From NCBI RefSeq assembly GCF_004010195.1, contig NC_057718.1:81730028-81794027 (forward strand): a stretch of DNA of 64,000 nt, in the 5' to 3' direction. This stretch comes from Chiloscyllium plagiosum. Lineage: Eukaryota. The notes beneath the pieces were generated by a model, which had not been told where the DNA came from, ran no database searches, and saw nothing but the letters and a program-made list of their open reading frames with translations. Shown piece by piece: positions 38,811 through 51,620 of this stretch; within the stretch, counting starts at the first letter, position 1, and the number at the start of each line of letters is the position of its first letter. The position numbers and the translations under genes are program-made.

Positions 38811-39712
38811 CTGAATATAGTTCCCTTCATTCTTCTATATCCGTCTGCAGTCCTTTTGAACCCATCTTTCATCCTGCCATGCATTATCACGCACTCAGCT
38901 GCCAGTCCTCTTTCTGGGTATTCCTTCCCTAAAACATCCCTCCTTTCTAGCTCTATCCCTTGCTTCAAGAATTCACCTTTTGACCCAAATGTTTTGTCAC
39001 TCCATCCTAATCTATCCATTTTTAGCTCTACATTGATTCCCTCAAAGTGCCTGAGGCACCTACGTTATATAATTCCAAGTTATTTGCTATATTAAACTAA
39101 AGAAATGTCCTGTTCAGTTGATTCAAAAGTGCGATTATCAAGTGCTAATTATTGAAAGTACTCACTCAGCTCTTGTGACCTTCCGAATTAAATTGAAGGT
39201 AGTGTTGAAATATTTTTGCAATTCACACATGCACTGTTAAGAGAAACAACCTTCCTACAATGAATTAGTTCAGGCAATTAAGTATAATTTCTCGAATAAT
39301 GTGTTTTCAAACTAGCACATTGTCAGTGTTCAAGGGACAGTTTTAATGTTTCCAGGCCCTAAGTCTGTAAACCTATTAGTTAGACATGTAAAGTAACAGT
39401 TGCTAATGGCCAAAGCTGTGTACTCAAGGGGTTTTCTAATTGTGCAGTAAATTAGTTAATGTATCCCGAGCTAAAAGTTAATTGAAAAATTTATCACATC
39501 AACCCGAGATCGACATAATGCAATTTTTGACTTACAAGTGACTATTCTGTTCTTGTTCTGAACTTGTGATAACAAAACCCCTGCACTTTTCTTTCCTGTT
39601 GACCCTCAGAAATTTATATCAGCAGCATTTTTGGGGGAAAGCTGTTTTTGAGGCTCGAGTGACAGCAGTTTGCATTCCTCCAGACGTTCGCCTTGAACCA
39701 GAATGTTGTTTA

Positions 39713-40212
39713 CATAGAATATAGAACGTTACAGCGCAGTACAGGCCCATTGGCCCTCGATGTTGCGCTGACCTGTGGAACCAATCTGAATCCCATCTAA
39801 CCTACACTATTCCATTCTCATCTACATGCCTATCAAATAACCATTTAAATGCCCTTAAAAGTCGGCGAGGCTACTACTGTTGCAGGCGATATGTCCCATG
39901 CCCCTACCTGAGTAAAGAAACTACCTCTGACATCTGTCCTATATCTATCACCCCTCAATTTAAAGCTATGTCCCCTCGTGCTAGCCATTGCCATCCAAGG
40001 AAAAAGGCTCTCGCTGTCCAACCTATCTAACCCTCTGATTATCTTATATGTCTCAAGTAAGTTGCCTCCTAACCTTCATCTCTCTAACGAAAACAGCCTC
40101 AAGTCCCTCAGCCTTTCCTTGTAAGACCTTCCCTCCATATCAGACAACATCCTAGTAAATCTCCTCTGTACCTTTTCCAAAGCTTCCACATCCTTCCTAT
40201 AATGCGGTGATT
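39713..40212 (-). mobile_element. CR1 LINE 3' fragment (same subfamily as the tail at 20653)
   Basis: HYRKDVEALEKVQRRFTRML; tail closely matches 20653-21130. Confidence 0.9.
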
Positions 40213-40805
40213 GCCCTTGCCAGCATTTTGAGCCCAAAGTCTTGGTCAGCAGTTCAGCACAATGGTACACCATCTGAGGTGCTGGCCTCAATTTTTGTAG
40301 AGTGCAACTCAGGGACCTGTAAAAACTGGTAGACTGTTACCGATTCAAATGCACTCAGAGCCAGATCAAGGGACCAATCATTAAGAAGGTTGAAGGCCAA
40401 TGGAAAATACCCCTCTGTCTTTGTTGTTCTCTGCCTGCACCCCTTTTTCCCCCAACCATTGATCTGAGGCCTGGGTTTCTCGAATGGTCTCTGATTAGCA
40501 GTCAATTTTGACCCATCTTAAGGCTCCTTCATCCAAGGGATGGCCCACCACTATCTAATTGCATGCTTAAAAAAACTAGCATGTAATTCAACTAACCTTC
40601 CCCATAAATGGTGACCCTGACCTCCCACCAGCAAAATCCCCATTGTCTCCTTTGATCTCTCTATAGCACCAGATGGAACATAATCTTGGGCAACACAGCT
40701 ACAAATCCTCAGCCCAGGGGACAGTGGTTGCCATCAGTGGAAAGGCTGTCACTAAAGCAGAAGCCCGTAGTGGAGCTGAGACTATAAGAGGATGATTATA
40801 TTAGA

Positions 40806-41446
40806 TGTGACAATGCTGTCACTTTAAAAATGTTATTTTGTCCTGGGATTTGTTGAAGAGAAGTTGTAAAGGCAGCAGTGTCGAAGTGGCTATGGGAACT
40901 GCCTAAGTCAGCAACCAGAGGAGGCATTGAGGGTTTTCTTTTAAACAGTTGGAACAATGGAAGGGGAGGGATCAGTTCTTAAAGACCAGGCTTTCTAGTT
41001 TTTACAGCTGAAGCAGTAAGAAGCTGTTTGGGTCCCAGAAGAGTTGGAGCTTCAGTAAAATGATTCCTAGCTACTACATTTTCTGAAATTTCTCTTAATG
41101 TTGTTTCCTCCTGGATTAGAGAATTGCCTGTAAGAACCTATGTCTGAATTCACCTTTTTGCCAAGGGGTGTGTTTATGGAATATTACAGCATTGAAACAA
41201 CTAATTAGTTATAGGTACTGTATATATTATTCAATTAGATTTTCCAGTTGTCAAGTTATTCTAAATTTCTCTTACTTTTGTTTGTATTTTAACTGCAGAG
41301 TTTAAATAAATTGTGTTTTGCTTAATGTTGACCAGCTGCATTGCATCTGGAACATGCCACTTCACATCTACCTTTAAAACAAGAAAAAGGTAGGGTCTAT
41401 GCTACTTCTTAAAATATTTTGAGGACATCAGGTCTGGTCCATAACA
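40806..41446 (+). mobile_element. Solo LTR (641 bp)
   Basis: TGTGAC..ATAACA termini, AATAAA at about 41305, imperfect 4-bp TSD TAGA/TTGA, no internal coding sequence. Confidence 0.65.
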
Positions 41447-43134
41447 TTGAGTCATTGAGATTGACAGCACAGAAAATAGCACTTCTGCCCACTCCAATCC
41501 GGCTGATCAGATGCAATCACTTAACTTTTCAAATCCCAGATTGTATGACCTTATGTATCTTCTATCCTACTTCCCCAATATCCCACAGTCTCATCAGCTT
41601 TCACTCCCTCCCAACCATGCCTCACCCAAATCCTTCCCAGCTGCCTTTTTCTTTCACATATCCAAGAAATGCCAACTGGTGGGGAAGCAGGTAGGCCAAG
41701 AAGAATAGTACCCTGATGATCTACAATACTGTTGCTCAACCTCACATTCACAGCCACCAACTCAATACAAGCACTGCATGTACCTTCAAGAGTATCACAG
41801 AGGCTGGCTCTGCAAATGGTGAGTCATCAGGCACCTGTGACCTTCAACCAAGATAGGAGAAAAGGTTAGGGTGACTGCCTGTGCTCCAGAGGGCAAGCTT
41901 GCAAATGACTTCTGCCAGAGAGAACTATGATGGGGCAGCCTACAGACTGATGGATATGCTCTGTGGTGTGTCTGGTGAAACATTTGCTGTCACATTGAAG
42001 GAGCTCAGTGGAATCCTAACTTCGACTTCACACAGGGCTTTGTGCAGAAGTTTAGGGCCCCACCCTTTCCAGTATGGAAGAGTGGCCTCCTCCAGGAGGG
42101 TGGGCCTACCTAAGGCATGGTCTGATGGTCAAATCCTCAGCTTTCCTGTCAGCACAAAAAGAGACAGCAGCTGGCATCTGAGCAATGCAGTGGAACTTTA
42201 GACTGAGGTTGTGAAATCTCAGGTTGTCATTATGCCAGCTTCATCATCGGTGTTGGTACCAGGGTAATCCGTGTTTCTGTAACCAGGCTAATAAGGAGAA
42301 GAAGAAGTTAGGACTGTTTTCCTTGGATCAAGAAAGGTGTAGAGGTATTCATGCTGGCAATAGATTTTGATGAAGTAAATGTAGAAAAATAATCCTTCCA
42401 GTGAGTGGATTAGTAACTAGAGATCATTGATTTAAAAACATTGCAAAGAGAGCTATAATTGAGCTGAGGAGAATTTCTTTCACATGAAGTTATCAAAATC
42501 TGGAAAGCAACGCTTTTAAAAAGTGGAGAAAGCTAATTCCATCAATAATTTTAAAAGGATAATAGGCAGGTAGTTGAGATTACAGATAAAAGCAGGAATA
42601 TGGGACTAAGAACGACTGCTCCATCCAACAGCTAGCATGATGGACCAAATGGTCACATTCAGCACTGTCAGCTTCTGTGAATTCAGGAAAGATTTTCCAT
42701 TATTAAATACAAGAGACGTATGAGAAACATTAAAGTGTAGAAACAAACAAGAAAAGCACATACTCTGATGAATCTATTTTAATCCACCAGACACACCAGC
42801 AACCAATTAAATACAAAGTAAAAGGGAAAATGATCAATACAAAACCCAATTCAGTCTTGTGTTTGTAGAAATCTCCTGTCTTCAGATAATGTGAAATTCT
42901 TTATAACATTACAAATTTAATTTAATTCTGTTTGGCGATTTGGATTAATATCATTTCCATCTAATACAGTGCAAACCAAGTAAGAATATTATTATATATT
43001 TGCGAAGCTTGGCACAATAGACAAATCCAGATGGGTTGCGACTACAATGAGATTGTATCACCCCAGGATAAGCTTTTTTGCATTGACTGTCAAAATCACA
43101 GGGAGGTTTACAGACGGAATCTATTATTAACCGC

Positions 43135-44790
43135 GTCAGCTGTGGCTCAATGGCAGTGACGCTCTCTTATGTCTGTGTTAGAACATTATTTGTTCAACTA
43201 GCGCCTCAGAGGCTTGAACATAAAATCCATGTAGTACTGTCAGTACAGTAATGGAGAGGTGCTGCATTGTCTGAAATGCCATTTTACAGACAAAATATTA
43301 AAATAAGGTTCTGTCTCTCCAGTGAGGTGCATGAAAATGATACAATAATGGTATTCTCTGTTTTGGTCAATACTTATTCTACAACTGATGAAGGACCAAA
43401 CTGTTCAGAGAGAAAGGCAATTTGATCTGTTGTGTACGTGCTGAATCTTCAAATGACCAAAGTAGTCCCAGTCCACTGTTCTTTCCCCCATGGCCCAACA
43501 AAGGTTTCCTTTTCAGATATTTAGAGACATAGTGCCAAACAGAACAGAAAACGCCCTTCAGCCCACCGAGTCAAAGCCAAGCTAGCTACATTTTCCAACA
43601 ATGGGCCTATATGACATTTCAAGTGTGTATCCATATATGTTTTAAAGGTTATTAGGTTTCCTGCTTTGACCACCCACCAGGACAGTGCATTCCAGATTCC
43701 CACCAGCCTCTAGGTGAAAAAGTCTTTCCTCAAGTCCCCTCTAAACTTCCTGTCCTTCACCTTAAAGTTATGCTCCCTCATTATTGACCCATTAGCTATG
43801 GGGAACTGCTCCTTCCGATGCACCCTGTCTATGCCCCCCATAATCTCATGCACCTCTATCAGATACCCCCTCAGCCTTCTCTGGTCTAAAGAAAACAATC
43901 TAAGTCTATTCAGCCTCTCTTCATAGTTAAACTGCTTCACCCCAGGCAATGTCCTGGTGAATCTCCTCTGCACCCACTGCAGTGCTATCATATCCTTCCT
44001 GTAGTGTGTACAGTACTTCTGCTTTTGCCTAATCAAAGTTCTGTACAGCCCTAACCTGACCTTCCTGCTCTTATAATCTATGACACCACTGATGTCCTGT
44101 CTGCCTTCTTGACTACACTATTAACCTATCCCGCCACCTTCAGGGATCTGTGCCCAAATACCCCAAGATCCCTCTGTTTTTCTGAGCTTTCCAGTGTCCT
44201 GCCATTCATTGCATACTCCTTTGTCTTGCTACTTCTTCCAAAGTGCATCACCTCAAACGTTTCAGAGTTAAATTCCATCTGCCAGTGATCTGCCCATCTG
44301 ACAAACCCATCTATATCTTCCTGCAATATTAGACTTTCTTATGTTAACTACCCAGTCCATCTTCATGTCATTTGCAAACTTATTAATCATTACCCCTCAC
44401 ATTTTCTTCTATATTATTTTTATTCGTATTATGAACAATAAGGAGCCCAGCACCGATCCCTGGGTATGCTACTGGATTTCGGCCTCCAGTTACAAACAGA
44501 TTGATTCCATTTTGAAAATTAATCTGTTACCACTACCCTTTGAGGCAGTGCATCTCAAATTATAACAGCTTACTAGGATGAACAATAAAGTTCACTTATT
44601 TCTGCTTGGAATTTTTTGCCAATTCTCTGAAGACCTAACTAAAACAGTTGATCTGATCATACCCATGTTGGGATCTTGCTGTATGAAAATTGACACATTG
44701 CCTACATTATAGACACTTCAAAAGTACTGCATCAGGTGTAAGGCATTTTTGAGATGCTCTAACATAATGAAAATTACTACATTAAAAATC
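43135..44790 (+). mobile_element. DeuSINE split by nested CR1 fragments (SINE halves about 43135-43390 and 44635-44790; younger minus-strand CR1 about 43520-44490)
   Basis: SINE breaks after TTGGTCAATACTTATTCTACAAC and resumes at ACTAAAACAGTTGATCTGATCAT; CR1 ORFs 43710..44036 and 44126..44326 lie between. Confidence 0.75.
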
Positions 44791-45028
44791 TGTCATTTAT
44801 AGCTTTGCCTGTGACAACAAAGGTGAGCCTCAATTGATCTTAGTCCTTCCTGGAGAATTAGCAGAGACTGACACAACAAAATTGACATGGGTTAAATTAG
44901 TGGATGAATAGTTAATACATTCAGAGGTACAGAGGAATGTCAGCTAAATTGGTTAATTCTTTACCAGCTAATATTGACCGCAGTAATTCCTAGGTTTTTA
45001 ATTACGATGATTAATTGACAATGTTCTA

Positions 45029-45255
45029 CAGATATCCCCTGCGTTTCGAAAGTTCGTTTCACGTTACTTCGCTTTTACGAAAGACCAATATTAGTACCTG
45101 TTTTCGCGAACTGAAAGAAATCTGAAGAGGATTTTCACTTTTACAAGAAAAGACAACATATTTACATATAAATTAATGCTTCTTCACTTTACGCCATTTC
45201 AGCTTACATAAGGTTTCATAAGAACTTTCTTATTTCGGATAGTGGGGGATACATC
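45029..45255. mobile_element. Tigger/pogo-type MITE (227 bp)
   Basis: TA on both sides (45027-28, 45256-57); imperfect TIRs CAGATATCCCCTGCGTTTCGAAA and TTTCGGATAGTGGGGGATACATC; no ORF. Confidence 0.8.
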
Positions 45256-46879
45256 TATACAATCCTTGTAGCAAGCCTGGTGCTACCCCACAGGGAATAA
45301 AGGAAGCTGAGCGGAGAAAGATTAGTGAAAGACTGGACAATAGGAGTGGTCCCATGGATTCTGTGACAAGAGCCATTGAAGAGATAATGAAACAAAAATT
45401 GAAGTAAAAGATGGATCCATGGTATCAGCAAAACAGCAGAGGGGATGCTACGCATGCAAAATTTGGCAATCAGAAGGCTTCCATAACAACAGTGTGGTAA
45501 AACTTTGGCAGGAACATTCCCAGAGTATGGATTAACTCACCAAATGTGTATTGATAGGGAATTCCAAGCACCTGTTTGCATGTTTCCCAAATCCGCCAGA
45601 GGTAACCCATGGTGCTGGGGAATGTAGCTTCACCAGAAATGAAGAGAACTTCTTCAGTTTCTTTGAATAGGATTGTTCACAACCTCCTTTTTTTTATAAT
45701 GTCTGCTTTTACTTTGGAAATGCTGCAGTCAGAGTGTGGTGCTGAAAAAGCACAGCAGGTCAGGCAGCATCTGAGGAGCAGGCGAATCAACGTTTTGGGC
45801 ATAAGCCCTTCATCAGGAATCTAATCATATCTCATTTACTGGCAGTTTCCCATTCTCCCACATGCCAGTTAAAAACTAGACAGCAACAATTCCATCCACG
45901 AATGTCAGAGCAGTTACCTGGTGACTCCAGCTCGCAGCTTGCTTGCTCCATTTGGGACAGCAGTCACTTACTTACTTGCATATCTTTGGACTTCTCAGGA
46001 CATACTCCATGGGCAGTGACTGCACACTGCCCTCATTCGTGGACGCTGGCATCAGACATGTACCAACATTCTCGCACATCTGCAATTCACTTGTAATGCT
46101 GAATTTTGGAATGCACAGGACATCACTCATCAGAGTGCTGAAACAAATACACTTTTTGAACAGGGACAGGCATTCAGCTTATGGAGTTAATGCATCTCAG
46201 GGCTCCTCACTTGCTCTCTTAGTGTTCACTCACATCAGACTGACTTGGATCCTCACAGCCTCTCTGGTTTGCCATGCCTTGCCTTATGTTTTTGTGCTTT
46301 GGCTACTGGACCTGGATGTAAAGGCTCTCAGCATTTCTATCTTGACTTACCTTTTAGGACAGGGATAAAGCTAGGCAGCTTGTCCTGATTGTCAGCAATC
46401 CTCAATCAAGAGGGTGGACCTGTCGCTGTCCTGCACCGTGCTATATCAATCTCAGACGTGAACCATGTGCATCAACCAAATGATCATGTCTCAAATCTGA
46501 GGGGAGTAGTCTTCAGTCATGTCAATGGAGACCACCTTCAGTCAGGGTGTTTTGGCACAGGAAGTCAAGGGCGGTCTCGAATCTCAGTCCAGTGGTTTGG
46601 GCATGGTCAGACATCTGCTCAGGCAGTCAGGGTAAGGGAGGGCACTATCACTATAGTTTAGGGAATGAACCCGGTAAGCCCTGCAGGTTCAATACAACCA
46701 TTGCATTGATCAGGCACTAACACAGTACAAGCTGAAGATGTCTGTAATCATAGCACCCTGCATGTAATACACCTGCAGTGTGCATGTCAAAAATCACACA
46801 ACACCAGGTTGTAGTCCAACAGGTTTATTTGAAAGTATAAGTGCTGCTCTGAGAGCTTGTACTTTCAAATAAATTTGTT

Positions 46880-47400
46880 ATTTGAAACAGCTGAGTTCAT
46901 GAATAACAATGGGCTCAATGTACAAGTGGTATGTGATCTTCAGTATCACATCTTAGATGTCTGCAACAGGCACCCAGGCGCTACCATGATGCCTTTTTCC
47001 TTGGGAATTTTCCTGTTCCATCCTTATTTCAAGGATTGGATGCTCGAGAAGGGTAGTTACTGGGAGACGAGCTATCCTTTACAGCCACGGTTGTTGACTC
47101 TCGCAGTCCATTTTACAATCAGCGCCTTGCTGCAGTTGACACTAGATCTGCTGAAGATGCTGTTCTGATGCTTGGATCTCAGAGTGGAGTCCTTGCAGTA
47201 CATTCTAGACAGAATGTGCTGCATAACCTAGAATGCTGTCCTCTGCACAACTGGAGCAGGGAATGTGACGGATGCTGAAGAGCTGAGACAGCTGCAACAT
47301 TCTTCCAAGGGGGAAGATGAGGACATTGAGTAGGAGGAACATCACGTTCAGTGTGAGAGAGAGCTGCAGTCTGAGCACAACAAACTTAATTGGCATCAGT
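46880..47400 (+). mobile_element. Decayed Harbinger transposase (catalytic core and C-terminus)
   Basis: LNVQVVCDLQYHILDVCNRHPG / YHDAFFLGN..LLGD / SYPLQPRLLT..LLKMLF*CLD across frameshifts. Confidence 0.85.
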
Positions 47401-48029
47401 TCGAGTAGATAAAAGCTGTGCACGGTAATTGCTCACTGACTGTAAATTTGCTGCTGCTCAAGTGGCGAGCAATCCATGTCTATTCCTAGGAGCTTCTGTT
47501 TGTTTATTTTTCACTGTCGCAATTGCTCAATAAAAGTGAATGTTTTGAAATGTTTGAATGGCATAATGAACAATGAGAAGATAGCAGGCTACACTAGGCC
47601 TTGGGAAAAAGAAAATAAATTCTCCTTTAGAAATTGTTCTAAGATAGGATGAAGCTCTGTGCTATGGTCCTTAACTAGCAATAGATTTACAAATGTGTAC
47701 TGTCATGTTCAATGAAGTATCAGCCATGCAATCTCTGTGCCCTCTGAGAAGTGTTTGTTTGTGGGTGCCCACACTATGTGCATGGTGAAGGGTGCCCCTT
47801 AGGTGGCAACACTTGACCTGGCACAGCCCCAGCCCCGAATCCCGGGAGGCCCTGGCAGCATCGAGCACTTCCACCGGAGGATAATACAAACAGGGTGCCA
47901 TTGTGGCCTGGTGCCGAGCTAATGATGTGAGTTTTGAACTTTTGGAACTGGGACTCTTGGAGAGAAGCATTCCATTAAACTTTCCAAAATTGGCACTTGG
48001 CTAATTTCCTGTAAAACTCAGGCCATTTT

Positions 48030-49200
48030 AACATTCCAGAAGTACATCTAACGCTCGGTCACCAACTACAAGTCAAGCTCCGTTTCAGAATGCAGAATCT
48101 AGAGCTAATGTCCTTTTGGCAATAAATGTCAGACCATTGATCAATTCATAAATGAATGCAAAGACAAGGGGCAAGACTGTGTCTTCACAGCAGCAGAGCT
48201 AGACACAGGCTAATTAAGCTTGTAATAGCATCCACTGCAAAAAGAAATCTTGAACAAAAACAAATGTTATAACATGAAAGCATTCCTACAAAGTGGGTGT
48301 AGGTATGAAGCCATACTGATGGCTCGACAAAGTCCACAGTCTGAACATAAGTCAGCCACCTTTGACATGATTAATACCTAATAACTAATACAGGCAGTAT
48401 GGCCGCATTTATGTACCTAGCAAATGTCCAACATTTAACACTGTTTGCAAGTATTTGGCATCAGAGAACATTGGAAATGTCAGTGCAGAATGCAAAAGCC
48501 AGCACAAGCAATTCAACATCATGAGAATCCACAAACAAATACCTGAAGAAAGGCTTATGCCCGAACGTCGATTCTCCTGCTCCTCGGATGCTGCCTGGCC
48601 TGCTGTGTTTTTCCAGCCCGGCATTTTTCAACTCTGGTACTCCAGCATCTGCAGTCCTCACTTTCTCCCAACCAAATACCAGACAGATACAGCATTACAA
48701 CCAGCCAACAGCACATAACAAATAGCATTGGGACAGGATCTTGGTAATGTCTAGTTTAGCTACAGAATCAGATGGTGAGGATGATCATACTATCAACAGC
48801 CAAAGAAAACCAGCATTCAGCATGGTTAACATCTTAAAAGTATTGATACAGTCATTGGCCATTGGCACCTTACTAATCACATTTCACAGATGAACAGTCA
48901 ACAGAAACTAAGCAAAATTCAATACTGATGTAGGTGCAAGCATCCTTCCTCTCTGTGCATTGAAATGTGTGTAACCACAGAAGTAGCAAGAGATAATGCA
49001 CTAACCAATATCAAACTCACTGCATCAAATAACTTGGAGGGTCCATCCCTGAGATCCATTACATTAAAGTGTCATGACAAAATCTCATTTTGAACACTCT
49101 ATATTTTTAATATTGTGAATAGCAAGGGTCCAGTGTTCGCAGACTTGGCAATGCACAATGATTTGACATTAGTCTATATTTATAATATCGTCAAGGCAAT
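48030..49200 (+). mobile_element. Old Gypsy gag-protease remnant, with a Penelope 3' fragment inserted at about 48540-48668
   Basis: LRFRMQNLELMSFWQ..IDQFINECKDKGQDCVF..IKLVIAST..RYEAIL; protease-like AKFNTDVGASILPL..TNIKLTAS..FNIVNSKGPV. Confidence 0.6.
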
Positions 49201-50048
49201 GTTGAGAGCACAGATCAGAAGGAACCCAATTAGAAACCACTTAATTTTGCAACACACACCATCAGACAACAGGTTACACAGCACCATTTGAACTGAATAC
49301 ATGTAGCCATCCTGAGCCTGCAAGCTTCATACTGCAGGACCAATAACAAATTATTCGTGAGCAGACACATGCTGGCACATCTCTCCAGTCATCACTCATG
49401 GATACTCCCAGAAGTGTGTGATGCATTACTCGAAAACAGCAGAAGATGAAAAATGCCCACAACCAGCATGTAGGTATCAGTAACCCAAACTGAACAGCAA
49501 ACAGAAGATCTGAGCACAGCACTCAACTATTGGCACCAGGAATCCAGCACAAAACCTCACCATATGCCCAAAATCAAGATCATATCAAAATGTACAGCAA
49601 ATGGCAGGACGGTGCACTAAAACAGCCACCAAAATAAAGCAGCATGCAGCTAAGAAACCTGAATAACCTTGCTGTGACTAGAAACTGGTCTAAGATGCAA
49701 CACAACAGCAATCCTAACCAGCAGTCTGAAAACATGCAGCTGCCTCCAGCAAAAATCACCATGACTAAAACTGAATGGATAAGTAAACTGTCAATACATC
49801 TCAGACACTTGTAGATTTATTGTTCAAGATAAATTATAATCAAACGCAACAGCTTAGATCTGATGTTATTTGGGCTAAGTGTCAATTACTCCAAGTTTCA
49901 TAGAGGGTTTCTCTCCTTGAACCCCAGTGAGATTTCTTGTGTTATCATCCAAATGTGCATCATTAACTACCCACCCCATCCTAATGGCACCCATCTCTCA
50001 TCTGATACTAGTCCAATTCTAATACTTGCCATACCCAGAAGAACTCGT

Positions 50049-50582
50049 AGAAAGTGAGGACTGTAGGTGCTGGAGATCAGAGTCGAGAGTGTGGTGCTGG
50101 AAAAACACAGCAGGTCAGGCAGCATCCGATGAGCAGGAGAGTCGACGTTTCAGGCATAAGCCCTTCATCAGGAATGAGGCTTGTGGGCCAGGGGTGCTGA
50201 GGGATAAATGGGAGGAGAGTGGGTTCAGGGGAAGGTAGCTGAGAATGTAATAGGTTGATGAAGGTGAGGGAGAAGGTGATAGGTCAACGAGGAGGGTGGA
50301 ATGGATAGATGGGAAAGGTGATGGACAGGTCAGGAGGGGAGTGCCGAGTTGGAAGCTTGGGACTGGGATAACGTGGGGGGGAGGGGAAATGAGCAAACTG
50401 TTGAAATCCACATTGATCCTGTGTGGTTGCAGACTCCCAAGGCAGAATATGAGGCGTTCTTCATCCAGGCCCCCGGCCCACGAGCCTCATTCCTGTTGAA
50501 GGGTTTTTGCCTGAAACATTGATTCTGCCACTCCTCGGATGCGGCCTGACCTGTTGTGCTTTTCCAGCACCACACTGTCGAC
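50049..50582. mobile_element. Inverted pair of Penelope 3' ends with TSD
   Basis: Minus copy 50049-50470 and plus copy 50470-50582 of the element end seen at 23950-24319; AGAAGAACTC repeated at 50037-50046 and 50585-50594. Confidence 0.88.
50144..50171 (-). ncRNA. Minimal hammerhead ribozyme motif (Penelope-associated), best preserved copy
   Basis: CUGAUGA-A-GGGC-UUAU-GCCU-GAAACGUC: intact core, stem II, palindromic ACGU stem III and GUC site. Confidence 0.7.
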
Positions 50583-50804
50583 CGAGAAGAACTCATCCCC
50601 ACCTGGTATGCTGGAATGGACCAGGCACTTGTGCCATCTTTAAAAGGGTGGGGGACACCCAGTCAAGCACTGTCATATACAGTTCATGACATTTGCCCCA
50701 GATATGGAAGATAAGTGGATTTATGGAAAGGATTTGGAGATCCTAGTGATAGGGTGGAGCAGAGGAGAAGACCTTCGTCCCCCAGGTCTGGCAGAGGTAG
50801 CTGC

Positions 50805-51620
50805 AGTGATTATAATGAGGTCAGCCAGGTAGACCTCATAGAATATGTGTTCTCTGATTGGGGCTGTTAATCTGGTCCAATCAGGGAGCCCTGGCTGACA
50901 GATATAAGCAGGAGCATCCATACACAACATGGGTGCTGGGGAAAAAATAAGCACTATCGCAGTTAGGCGGTAGTGTGGGGGTAAGAAAAAAAAACAGGAG
51001 TCTTAGGTTCTAAAAAAAATAAACAGGAGCATCAGAGGTTCTGTTCACTCTGAGAACTGACACTGAGCGAACTGAATCAGTGTCAAGGACGTTCCAAGTG
51101 TAAATAAAGAGTGATTTGATAACTGGATACCAACCTCAGTGGCAATGAGAGAAAAGCACATTCCTGGAGAAATCCATTCTGCAACAGTCTTCTTTGAGTT
51201 GGGCATTTCTGGTATCATGCCATTATTTGGAAAGGTTGACTCGTGATCTTTCTGTTGAAGACTGGGCCCAGTATGTAAAAAGAATGCGTTAGTTTTTCTA
51301 GGCAGATGATGTTGAGGCAGATGAGAAGCAACAAGTAATTTTTCTGATAGCTGGCGGACCTGGAGCTTTTTTGATTATTCGAATCCTAACTTTCCCTGAA
51401 GCATCAGATACTAAAACCTTTCAAAAGTTCATGGATTTAGTTCTGGAATACTATGACTCCATGCCTCCTCTAATTCTGAAATGCTACCAGTTTTACTTGG
51501 ATATCGGGATTTTTGACTGGGTTAAGATGACTGGCAAAGGCATTGGTTTAACCCTTAATGAGATACTGAGAAACTGTTTGGTATGTGGGATTAATGTTGT
51601 AACTGGTGCAGCCATTTCAG
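50805..51620 (+). mobile_element. Gypsy remnant: 5' LTR, PBS-like site and gag N-terminus
   Basis: LTR-like segment with AATAAA (51103), TGGCAATGAG at 51140, then MPLFGKVDS..EDWAQYVKRM..ADEKQQVIFL..DTKTFQKFMDLVLEYYD. Confidence 0.78.
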
